A DNA stretch of 64,000 nucleotides from Mobula hypostoma (taxonomy: Eukaryota), in NCBI RefSeq assembly GCF_963921235.1, contig NC_086097.1:222458001-222522000 (forward strand), in the 5' to 3' direction. Shown here piece by piece: positions 1 to 11,414 of the stretch (position 1 is the stretch's first letter; every line of letters starts with the position of its first letter). A program made the translations under genes and the position numbers. The notes under the pieces are model-generated. The model saw nothing but the letters and a program-made list of their open reading frames with translations, ran no database searches and was not told the DNA's origin.

Positions 1-17
1 TTTTGGTAGAGAAAAGT

Positions 18-145
18 AAAGTCTGATAAAGGGTCTTTGCCATAAAGCTACAAATCAGTGCCTCTTTCCACAGTTGCTGCCTGACCTGCAGAATGTTTCC
101 AGCATTTTCTGCTTTTATTTTATATTTCCATCATCTCCAGTTTCA
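18..145 (+). mobile_element. Degenerate Penelope-like pseudo-LTR 3' end with decayed hammerhead motif
   Basis: gtctgataaagggtct...gctgcctgacctgcagaatgtttccagcattttctg resembles the pLTR ends at 31494-31589 and 41650-41715. Confidence 0.65.
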
Positions 146-214
146 CTTTTAATTTTTAAGTGAATGTGCTTCTCCCCTCAATTTCCCCTTTCTCAATGTC
201 TGCATTTAAATTAA

Positions 215-465
215 GATATGAAATTGCTGTCTGTGGGATGAGTTGAAGTGTAACATGGGTGCAAAATCAAAAAAAGTGATGAATACAGGACAGAAGGTTT
301 TATATTTGAATGTATGCAGTATACAGAATAAGGTGGATGATTTTGTAGCACAGTTAAATTGGCAGGTAAGATGTTGTGGGCATCACTGAGACGTGGTTGA
401 AGGAAGATCATAGTTAGGAGCTTAACATCCAAGGATACACATTGTATCGAAAGGACAGGAGACAG
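215..465 (+). mobile_element. CR1 LINE fragment, start of ORF2 (APE endonuclease N-terminus)
   Basis: Reads as LYLN..SI.NK.D and GITETWLKEDHS; near-identical to 51960-52140 and similar to 12300-12530. Confidence 0.85.
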
Positions 466-859
466 AATCTGTAAATGAAGGGAACATATTGAAAATGGCT
501 GAGTACTGTAATAAATAAAACTTTTGAGATGAAATTGTTATTTTTGTGAGAGCATAAAATTCTCAATACTAAATCTCTATCCCTATCATGTAGGTCAATT
601 TTTGAATTTTATTTCTTATGTTTATTTTTACCTATTTGTGACTAATATCTCAGAAGCTTTCATTAATTTAATAACTTCCATTATAGCCAGGTATGGCAGT
701 TAACATTTCACAAATAAATATTAATCTGTGGCATGGTAAGTTTACCTTATTTGTTAATATTTGAATGAGACAAGACATAGAATCTTCTGATTGTACTCTC
801 AAATGGATAGAGAAACATCTCACGACAAGGTTTTGAAGAACGGGATATTTTCCAGTTCT

Positions 860-990
860 ACATGGCAACCAGAATTGAACACAATACTTCAAGTGTAGTC
901 TAAACAATCAATTGTACAAATGTAAAAATACATCCCAACTACCAGATTCAATGTGTTAGCTGATGAGGAGAAGTATATCATACGCCTTCA
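860..990 (-). mobile_element. Old CR1 ORF2 C-terminal fragment
   Basis: ORF 668..907 begins RLHLKYCVQFW, the CR1 RPHLEYCVQFW motif. Confidence 0.65.
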
Positions 991-1477
991 CCATGAGAGG
1001 AAAGGGCAAGAATCAGACTGTGGCAGGATGGTATTCAGGTATCTTGAGACAGGTTTGTTAGTGCCCGGTAGTGGTAATTAAGCCTGAGCTTGTAAAAAAT
1101 GTGAAAATTGCATCTTACCTTGAGAAGCCTACAGTTCCTTTCACTTCCAACCTTCCAAATTAATAGAAATCCTGCACAGCTGCATTAAATTTTGAATCAG
1201 ATTCCAAGTTACATTACAGGAGATGTAATGCATTAATCTCCCTGTTAATTTTTCTTGTTCCTATTTTCTCCAATCCTTCAACTTCCATCATGTGGATATT
1301 AGTAAGAAGGAGAACGTTCCTAGCACAACAACGTCATTAAATTGATTTTATTTACCTCTGGTAGGGACAAGACTGTTTTAAAACTTATTAAGCTTATTCA
1401 CTTCTATTCAGATATTTTATTTCTATCAACTTCACTTGAGAGATGCAGAGTTGTTTACTGACTCTCTTATCGATGTT

Positions 1478-2706
1478 ATAGAATAGTACCGCATATTACA
1501 GGCCCTTCGGCCCACAATGTTGTGCCAACCCTTAAACCTTGCCTCCCATATAACCCCCCACCTTAAATTCCTCCATATACCTGTATAGTAGTCTCTTAAA
1601 TTTCACTAATGTATCTGCCTCCACCACTGACTCAGGCAGTGCATTCCACGCACCAACCACTCTATGAGTAAGAAACCTTCCTCTAATACCCCCCTTGAAC
1701 TTCCCACCCCTTACCTTAAAGCCAAGTCCTCTTGTATTGAGCAGTGGTGCCCTGGGGAAGAGGCACTGGCTGTCCACTCTATCTGTCCCTCTTAATATTT
1801 TGTACACTTCTATCATGTCTCCTCTCATCCTCCTTCTCTCCAAAGAGTAAAGCCCCAGCTCCCTTAATCTCTGATCATAATCCATATTCTCTAAACCAGG
1901 CAACATCCTGGTAACTCTCCTCTGTACCCTTTACAATGCTTCCACATCCTTCCTATAGTGAGGCGACCAGAACTGGACACAGTACTCCAAATGTGGCCTA
2001 ACCAGAGTTTTATAGAGCTGCATCATTACCTCGTGACTCTTAAACTCTATCCCTCGACTTATGAAAGTTAACACCCCATAAGCTTTCTTAACTACCCTAT
2101 CCACCTGTGAGGCAACTTACAGGGATCTGTGGACATGTACGCCAGATCCCTCTGCTCCTCCACACTACCAAGTATCCTGCCATTTACTTTGTACTCTGCC
2201 TTGGAGTTTGTCCTTTCAAAGTGTACCACCTCACACTTCTCCGGGTTGAACTCCATCTGCCACTTCTCAGCCCACTTCTGCATTCTATCAATGTCTCTCT
2301 GCAATCTTTGACAATCCTCTACACTATCCACAACACCACCAACCTTTGTGTCGTCTGCAAACTTGCCAACCCACCCTTCTACCCCCACATCCAGGTCATT
2401 AATAAAAATCACGAAAAGTAGAGGTCCCAGAACCAATCCTTCTGGGACACCACTAGTCACAACCCTCCAATCCAAATGTACTCCCTCCACCATGACCCTC
2501 TGCTTTCTGCAGGCAAGCCAATTCTGAATCCACCTGGCCAAACTTCCCTGGATCCCATGACTTCTGACTTTCTGAATAAACCTACCATGTGGAACCTTGT
2601 CAAGTGCCTTACTAAAATCCATGTAGATCACATCCACTGCTCTACCCTCATCTATACGCCTGGTCACCTCCTCAAAGAACTCTATCAGGTTTGATAGACA
2701 CGATCT
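1478..2706 (-). mobile_element. 5'-truncated, relatively young CR1 LINE (RT, C-terminus and 3'UTR)
   Basis: ORF 2092..2727 has DVIYMDFSKALDKVPH, SGVPEGLVLGPLLF and FADDTK; ORF 1532..1906 has LYSLERRRMRGD and WNALP; 3' tail reads atagaatag on +. Confidence 0.95.
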
Positions 2707-2836
2707 GACATGCATATAGTAGAGCACATTATCAGATCTGCATGACTGGTCACCAATTTAGACAGTTGTGTTGCATTTTTGGTTGCCTTCCTGGCAGGAA
2801 ATTGGTGTTTGGTCTGCAGGTCGTGAAACACAATCA

Positions 2837-3706
2837 TATAAGGCCATAAGACATAGGACCAGAATTAAGCTACTAGGTATGTCATCTCTGCTTTGCTATT
2901 CCATCATGGTTCATTTGTTATCCTTTTGAACTCCACTCTTCTACCTTATCCATGTAACCATTGACACCCTGACTAATTAAGAACCTATCAACCTCTGCTT
3001 TAAATACACTCAATGACTTGGCCTCCACAGCCATCCATGGTAATGAATTCCAGAGTCTCACCATCTCCTGGCTAAAGAATTTCATTTTCATCTCTGTTCT
3101 CTATAGATGTCCCTCTATTCTGAGGCTGTGCCTTCTGGTCCTAGAGTCATCCACTTAAGGAAACATCCTCTCCATGTCCACTGTATATGGGCTTTTAAAT
3201 ATTCAATAGGATTCCACAAGAATTCCCTTCTAAACTCTAGCGAGTACATGTCCAGAGCCATCAAACATTCCTCATATGTTAAACCTTTTATTCCCAGAAT
3301 CATTCTTGAGAACCTCTTCTTGAGCCCTCTCCAATGCCCCCTCATCTTTTCCTAGATAAAGGGTCCAGAACTGTTCACAATACTCTCAAGTGCAGCCTAA
3401 TCAATCCCATATAAAACTTCAGCATTATATGGCATAAGTATTTTAATACGTATTTTTCATCGGTCTTCATTGTAGAAGACACTAATAGTATGCTGGAAAT
3501 TTGAGAGTGTTAGGGAAGAAGTGAGTGTAGTTGCTATTACTAATGAGAAGGTGCACCCCTTGACACAGCATTATATTCTTGCTCCATATATTCTAGTCCC
3601 CTCAAAATAAATGATAACATTGCATTTGCCTTCCTTATCACCAACTCAACCTGCAAGTTAACCTGTAGGGAATCTTGTACAAGGACTCCCAAGTCCCTTT
3701 GCACTT
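2837..3706 (-). mobile_element. CR1 LINE 3' fragment interrupted at 3431-3565
   Basis: cataagacatagg tail; ORF 3115..3345 has LMALDMYSLEFRR. Confidence 0.88.
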
Positions 3707-3707
3707 T

Positions 3708-4140
3708 TCATAAGATATAGGAGAAGAATTAGACCATTTGGCCCATCGAGTATGTTTGCCATTTCATCATGACTGATCCATTTTTTCTCAACTCCAATCC
3801 TGCCTTCTCCCCCTATCCCTTCATGCCCTGACCAATGAAGAATCTATCAACCTCTCTCTTAAATATACATAAAGACTTGACCTTTACAGCTGCCTGTGGC
3901 AGCGAATTCCACAGATTCACCACTCTCTGGCTACAGAGATTTCACCTCATCTCCATTTTAAAAGGACGCCCCTCTATTCTGAGGCTGTGTCCTCAGGTCT
4001 TAGACACTCCCACCATAGGAAACAATCTCTCCACATCCACTCTATCAAGACCTTTCATCATTTCATAGTTTTCAATTATATCACCCCTCATTCTTCCAAA
4101 TTTCTGTGAATAAAAGCCCAGAGCCATCAAACGCTCTTCT
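3708..4140 (-). mobile_element. CR1 LINE 3' end
   Basis: cataagatatagg tail; ORF 3993..4196 has MRGDIIENYEMMKGLDRVDVERLFPMVG. Confidence 0.88.
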
Positions 4141-6985
4141 GCCAGTTTCTTCTGCCTCCCTTCCTTCATAAAGAATTTCCAGTCCTCCGCAGCCATTTCA
4201 GAAGCTAGTGATTCTCAAAAGATCACTACTAATGCCTCCACAATCTTTTCAGCTACCTTTTTCAAAACCCTGGGTTGTATTCCATCCGGCTCAGGTGACA
4301 TCTACCTTCAGAGTTTTCAGCTTCTCAAGCACCTTCTCCATAGTAATGGTAACTACACTCACTTTTTCCCCCGACACTCTCGAATTTCTGGCATACTACT
4401 AGTGTCTTCTACAGTGAAGACTGGTGCAAACTACTTATTAAGTTCATCTGCCATTTCTTTATCCCCCCCCCCCCCCATTACTGCTGCATCATTTTCCAGT
4501 GGTCCAATATTCTCTCACCTTTCTTTTACTCTTTAGATGTATATTTGAAAAAACTTTGGTTACCTCTTTGATATTATTGGCTTTGTAAGACACTAGCAGT
4601 ATGGTAAAAGTTCCAGGTGTTAGGGGTCACGAAGTGTGTGAAATTACCGTTACTAGGGAGAAGGTTCTTGGGAAGCTGAAAGTTCAGAAGGTAGATAAGA
4701 CACCTGATTCAGATGGTGTATACCCCAGGGTTCTGAAAGAGGTGGCTGAAGAGATTGGGGAGGCATCTGAAATGATCTTTCAAGAATCACTGGATTCCAG
4801 AATGGTTTCTGAAAACTGGAGAATTGCAGTGTCACTCCCCTCTTCAAGAAGTGAGAGAGGCAGAAGAAATGAAATTATAGGCCAATTAGTCTGACCTCAG
4901 TGGTTGGGAAGATGCTGGAGTCAATTGTTAAGCATGTAGTTTTGGGGTACTTGGAGGCATGTGGTAAAATAGGCCGTATACAGCATGTTTTTTTCCAAGG
5001 GAAAAGCTTGCCTGACAAATCTGTTGAAATTCTTTGAAGAAATAGCAAGTAGGATAGACAAAGGAGAATCCGTTGGTGTTGTATACTTGGATTTTCGGAA
5101 GGCCTTTGACAAGCTGCCATACATGAGGTTGCTTAACAAGCTATTAGGCTATTACAAGAAAGTTTCTAGCATAGATAAAGTAGTTCAGACAATATGAAGA
5201 CATGTGGGGGGGCAGGTAGTTTTGAGTAAGAAGAATTTAGACAGATTACGAGAGTGGGCAAAGAAGTGGCAGATGGAATATAGTGTTGGGAAGTTTGTTG
5301 TCATGCACTTTGGTAGAAGAAATGAAAGGATTGACTGTTTTCTAAATGGAGGGAAACTACAAAAATCTGAGGCATAAAGGGATTTGAGAGTCCTTGTGCA
5401 GGGTTCCCTAAAGGTTAATTTGTAGGTTGATTCAGTGGTGAGGAAGGCAAATGCAATGCTAGCTTCCAATTCAAAAAGACTAGAATATAAAAGCAAGGAT
5501 GCAATGTTGAGACTGTATAAAACACTAGTGGGGCCTCACAGAGTATTGTGAGCGGTTTTGGGCCCCTTATTTTGGAAAGGATGTGCTGAAACTGGAGAGG
5601 GTTCACAGAAGGTTCACAAAAATGAATACTAGGATTGAATGGCTTGTCATATGAAGAGCATTTGCTGGCGCTGGGCCTGTATTCACTGGAATTTAGAAGA
5701 ATAGGGGGTGACCAAATTGAAACCTATTGAATGGTGAAAGGCCTTGATAGAGTGGATGTGAAGAGCAGGTTTCGTATAATGTGAATGCCTGAGTTCTGAG
5801 GACACAGAATCAGAATAGAGGGGTGTCCTTTTAGGACAGAGATGAGGAGGAGTTTTTTTAGCCAGAGGGTGGTAAATCTGTGGAATTCGTTGCCTCATGC
5901 AGTTGTGGAGAGACCAAGTCTTTATGTATATTTAAGGCAGAGGTTGATAGATTTGTAATTGTTCAGGGTATAAAGGGATACTGGGGGGAAAGCAGGAGAT
6001 AGGGGCTGAGAGGGAAAATGGATCAGCCATGATGAAATGATGGAGCAGACACAATGGGCTAAGTGGCCTAATTCTGCTCCTGTATCTTATGATCTTACCT
6101 TCTGGTCTTATATTTAATTGTTCCCCTCCATATGGCTTTTTTAGCTGCCCTCTGTTGGTTTTTAAAAGCTGTTCAATCCTGTCACTTCCCACTAATTTTT
6201 GCTATATTATGTGCCCTCTCTTTTGTTTTTATGCTGTCCTTGACTTCACTTGTCACCATGGTTGCCTCATCCTCCCTTTAGAATACTTTAGAATTGCCCC
6301 AGAACTCCAGCCATTGCTGTTCTGCCATCATCCCTGCTATTGTCTCCTTCCAGTCAACTTTGACCAGCTCCTCTCTCATGCCTCTGTAATTCCTTCTATT
6401 CCACTGTTATAGTGATACATTTGACTTTATCTTCTCCCTCCCAAACTGCAGTATGAATTCAATCATATTGTGATCATTCTCTCCTAAGGGTTCCTTTACC
6501 TTAAGCTCCCTAATCAAATCTGGTTCATTACACGATACCGAATCCAGAATTGCCTTTCCCCTAGTGGACTCAACCACAAGCTGCTCTAAAAAGACACATT
6601 GTAGGCATTCTACAAATTCCCTCTCTTGAGATCCAGTGCCCAAACTGATTTTCTTAATCTGTCTGCATATTGAAATTCCCCACGATTATTGTAACAGTGG
6701 CCTTTTTACATGCCTTTTCTATCTCCCATTTTAATTAAAATCTCCCATTTTAAATAAACATCCGAGCTACTGTTCCAGGGGCACGGATATAACATTCATC
6801 AGTTTCATTACTCTACCCACAATGATTATACATCTTCTGATCCTATGTAGCCTCTTTCTAAGGATTTGATTTAATTTTTTACCAACTGAGCTACCCCAAC
6901 CCCTCTGCCTACCTGCCTCCCCTTTCAATATAAGATGTACAATATGTTAAGCACCCAACAATGATCTTCTTTCATCCACATCTCA
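4140..6985 (-). mobile_element. CR1 ORF2 (APE/linker) split by an opposite-strand CR1 at ~4583-6095
   Basis: 4140-4582 and 6096-6985 are collinear with the minus-strand CR1 at 18880-20140; ORF 6407..6643 has EFVECL...KEPLGENDHNMIEF. Confidence 0.85.
4583..6095 (+). mobile_element. 5'-truncated CR1 LINE (RT to 3' tail)
   Basis: ORF 4601..4894 has PDSDGVYPRVLKE; ORF 4985..5197 has VYLDFRKAFDKLP; ends tcttatgatctta. Confidence 0.92.
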
Positions 6986-8099
6986 TTGAATGGGGAAAAG
7001 TCATTGGGCTGAATGGCCTAGTTCTGTACCTATGCCTTATGGTCTTATTGAGCCATGCCCTGCATTGAGCTCAGTTTGTCCTTGCTGCAGAGGAATTTAA
7101 TATGGGAATGGAAGCTTTAGCTGATACATTAAGGGGTTTTGCTACTATCTTGTTTAATTTCTGTGGAAAGTTAATGAACTATTTAAAGTATAATATCCAA
7201 GGTAAGTCCTCCATCCTTTTGCATACATGCATCTTGTAGCCTTCCTATCCTTTGCATTCAAGTGTCTTAGTTTCTTTCACAACCCACTTGTAATAAGCAA
7301 TCCCACAGAAAAAAATTAAAAAGCTAGAAAGCACACTTTTTGCCACTTATGCCCTAATGCATTTTGATGACATGGACAGCTGTGTTAGCCTTTGCCTGAA
7401 GTTAAATAGTCTTCTGTAAAACTGCAGAAAGATAGTTTTCGGCTGATCCCACTCATTTTCGATGTTGTATAAGCTATCTTAATAATAATGCAGTTTCCTT
7501 CAGCAGCAGGAGTGCTTCCAATTCCCTGTACAAATCTCAAGCACACATTTTCAGTGCAACTTAAAGCATGCACCAAATTTAGTGTGCATTAGGCAGTGCA
7601 TCAAACACAGGCTTTAAATACGTAGACTGTATGGGGGATGGGGGCCATAGGCAGTTGGTAACATTCGTCTACATGCAAAACTTGTATACTAGTTCAAGCA
7701 AATTTAGCAAAGTTCAGCAGCAGGCAATCATCGAATGCCTCTGCCCAAGGTGTCATCAGTGACTTGCAAGTTTGCTAGGGAGCAATTGAGGTTAATTTAT
7801 TGAAGGAGATATTCATCGTGGTGAGTGAAATGTTAATAAAGTTTTGACTGGAGCCTTACCCATACATTATAGGCAGCACTCATGAGACCGATGAGAGAGT
7901 CCGTCAAGCACAACACCTGGTACATGAAGGAGGAAATAGAAAAGATCTCTCAGCTAAGAGCTCTACCTACGGCATTTTCAGCAAGTAATTCTCCTTTGTG
8001 CACCTAAGTAGAGAGCAATAATTGAATGAATGTACTTCATAGAGAATCTACTTCTTGCTACATTGATAAATGTAGGACCACAGTTGCTTAATTGATTGT

Positions 8100-8345
8100 A
8101 TCACCAACAAATTATCCTTCACAATTACAGCTACCTTTGTCAATATTCTACCACCAAACGTTCTTCCCCTCTCCTTCAGCATTCCAAAAAGACTGTTCCT
8201 TTTGCAACTCCCAGGATGGCACTCCATCTACTAGCCAATCCTCTTCTTGTTGGACTTTGCTATGAAGCTGCAGGCAGTCAATGAGGTAAATTCTCTTTTA
8301 TCTCATCTTTCCCCACCACTCAGAGACCAAGGTAGAAGCATCACC
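8100..8345 (+). mobile_element. Old Penelope-like element fragment (RT-endonuclease linker)
   Basis: Alignable by eye to the reverse complement of 43860-44110. Confidence 0.55.
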
Positions 8346-8349
8346 TTCA

Positions 8350-8990
8350 GTGCACCAGCACATTCTTTGGTTGTGTAAAGGAAAGCATATTTGAAATTCA
8401 AGACCTCAAATCTAGTGCAAAATTCCAGGTCTGAGTCATGGACCACCAACAGCAGACACCTCTAAGCATTGTAGTAACATGGTTTTTCTGAAAGCAATTC
8501 AACACCAGCTCCAGGAAGATGTCCCCATACTGGCATCCCAATCATTCTTAGTCACCTCTGCTGCTATATTTTATGGTCTTATAATCTGACAGGCAAGACA
8601 TTTGTGCTCAACTCTGGCCTCCCAAAGTAAATATTCCAGGTGTTGCCAGGACAAGATATTATAAGGTGAACAGAGGAAATGATTCAAAGTTGTTGAAGTC
8701 TTCCTGAAAAGTTATAGCATCATCAGTGAATATTGGAAATCCCTGGCTCATGACTTGGTCAAAAAAGGGAAAAAATGTTCAAGTAGGTACCTAAAACCTC
8801 GAGTCTATGCTTCAAGAATGCATGTGGGCCCAGGATAAATGGTGGAATGAGTGTATCACCATCTTCCCTACCCATCTGAACCATCAGGCACCTCCCACCC
8901 ACCTGTAGCAGAATCCACAGGTCACATATTTGCCTCATTAACTACCTCATAACAGGAGTGAAAGCAAGTCATATTCACCCTAGGGGACTG
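8350..8990 (+). mobile_element. Old RTE-clade LINE C-terminal fragment
   Basis: Degenerate LPK.IF, RK.FK and WKSLAHD motifs (ggcctcccaaagtaaatattc; tggaaatccctggctcatgac). Confidence 0.55.
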
Positions 8991-10065
8991 TCTGGAGAGT
9001 ATTCAGTCAAAGAGAGATGAGTAAATGCTTAAAGTGTACCTTCCTTAGGTGGATACTCAGAGGCTGGAGCAGGTTTCACATGTTTGATGAACATCTGCTT
9101 CTACTTGTATATTTGTATATGCATGGGCAAAAATCACTAAAGTGGTGGTTGGGTGTTCATTGTAGGCTTTGGATGCCACTGTGGATGGACACACTTCTCC
9201 AAGAAGGGAATAAAGAAAGGAAAAGAAGGATTTTTTTTTATCCAACCTATAGTAAATTCCAGTTGGTCTAATTGAAATTCAATAATGTGCTGTATTCTCC
9301 AGTTTCCAAATCTTTTAGATTGCAAGAGTCTAGTTTACTGGACTATCTTAGAAGAAGTAAAATTTCTTTTCTAGCATCGCTGTCTGAATTCCATGTTTAG
9401 AAAAGTGTTGACGCTCTTTTTAGAAAAGTACTTAGGCCTGAACTTTCCATTAACCAGCTTGGAAAATGGTGCTTAGATATGAACAGGGTGAAAAAATGAA
9501 ATACTGTCAATGAAAAAGCAATTGGATAAAAGCTTAAAAGCTTGGACAAATGGATTCAGTAATTTCAAATATTCTGTTCCCACAAAATTTTAAAAAAATT
9601 CCTTATCAGATTAGATATTTTAAGCTAAATTGCTATAATACAGTATATTTTACATGGTAAAGAATTACAGAGACAAAAGTCCTTTGCTGAAGTCAGAACC
9701 ACCTCTTCCATTTCTAAAAAATGTGATGTTCTTTCAAGAGCATATTACCTTAATTAGATAAATAAAAGAACAGAGCCACTAGCAGAAAGCATCTCCATTT
9801 ATTTATTAGTAACAAAAAGACTCCTTATAAATTCGTTAGCAGCAGAAGGATTATCATACAGTGCCATTAGCTGGAAATTAAAATACCGAACTGAATTAAA
9901 CTAAAACTAATGCATTTGTGGCTTTACATAATGCCTTATTCCATGGGAAGGGTGTGTTATATATTATAATAAATATCTATCATTATAGCCTTTGGTTTCA
10001 TTCATCTATGCATGGAATTAATGTACTATCTTCAGAGACAAATGTTTTACTAATGTTTAGATTCT

Positions 10066-10197
10066 TTAACACAAGAGAATGTGCAGATGCTAGGAATCCA
10101 AAGTAACACACACAAAATGCTGGAGGAACTCAACAGATCAGGCAGCATCAATAGAGAGGAATAGGGAGTCAACATTTTGGGTCAGGACACTTCAGAT
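10066..10197 (-). mobile_element. Solo Penelope-like pLTR end with decayed hammerhead
   Basis: cacacaaaatgctggaggaactcaacagatcaggcagcatc matches other pLTR copies in the window. Confidence 0.8.
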
Positions 10198-10224
10198 TCT
10201 ATATTTTGTTTTGTAGTATGGAAG

Positions 10225-10570
10225 GAAAAAGAAAAGTGGTTGTCATCACTTGAGGTCAATCATCCAGAACTGTTGACGTTAGTACAGGAGTTCCTCAGTG
10301 CAATGTTGTGGGTCCAGTCATTTTCAAGTGCTTTACCTTCCTTCTGTCATGTTATTTGCTGATGATTGTATGACTTCTTAACAACTGAAGCCATCCAAAT
10401 CTGCATGCATCAAGACCCAGAGAATATTCTGACATAATCTCTTATATAGCATTTAATGTTCACATCGCAGAAGTGCCAGTATGTGACAAAATCCAACAAG
10501 AGAGAGTCAAACTACCAATCCTTGATACTCAGTAACATTTTCAGTGTTGAGCTCACCACCATCCTCATCC
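10225..10570 (+). mobile_element. Old non-LTR retrotransposon RT fragment (CR1/L2 group)
   Basis: ggagttcctcagtgcaatgttgtgggtcca reads GVPQCNVVGP; tttgctgatgattgt reads FADDC. Confidence 0.65.
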
Positions 10571-10767
10571 TTGGCGTTTTTGCCTTTGAGCTATTTTTGA
10601 AGTGTTGTCACAGTGTCGGCTAATTTATTCACTGTGAGATAGTTATTTATCAGAACGTCGGGCATAGTTCCCCTTTCCTTAAGATAGTACTTTTATTCCA
10701 GTTGAGAGAGCAGATAGGACTTCATCCAAAGAACAACAGCTTCAAATTTTAAAGTAACCCTTTATTA

Positions 10768-11295
10768 ATCTTATCCCCATATCTAAGAAAGGATGTGCTG
10801 ACATTGGAGAGGGTTCAAAGGAGGTTCACAAAATGATAACAGGATTGAAAGGCTTGTTATATGAAGAGTGTTCGATGACTGTTCGCCTGTTATATGAAGA
10901 GTGAAAGGCTTGTTAAATGAAGAGTGTTCGCCTGTACTATCTGAAATTCAGGAGAATGGGGGTGACGTCATTGAAACCCATTGAATGATGAAGGACCTCA
11001 ATAGAGTGAATGTGGAGAAGATGTTTCCCTTGATGGGGGAGTCTAAGAACAGAGGCATTTTTTGGTTGGCTGCCAATGACTAGTGGTGAAATCTGTGGAA
11101 TGCATTGCTGCAGGTCATTGGTATACATAGTTAAGGCAGAGGTCGCTAGATTTTTGATTAGTCAGGATGTGAGAGGTTACAGGGAGAGGGCAGAAGAATG
11201 GTGCTGGGAGGGAAAATGGATCAGCCATGATGATATGGCGGAGCAGACTTGATAGGCTGAATGGTATAATTCTGCTCCTATATCCTATGGTCTAA
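10768..11295 (+). mobile_element. CR1 LINE 3' end with local rearrangements
   Basis: RKDVLTLERVQRRFT-like coding, CR1 3'UTR and cctatggtcta tail. Confidence 0.88.
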
Positions 11296-11414
11296 TGTGG
11301 TGTTTACTGCTGCATTGGAGTGACAGCCCAAATTTGCTGTACTGTAATCTTGCATATTGAAAGTTTGTCATAGTGTTATTAACTACTGGGACACTAGTTA
11401 TTTAGTGACTCTGT

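Noticed and set aside
1110..1175. Minus-strand exon ending at AAG|GTAAGA
   Set aside because: Good donor but weak acceptor context and an unrecognisable 17-aa frame.
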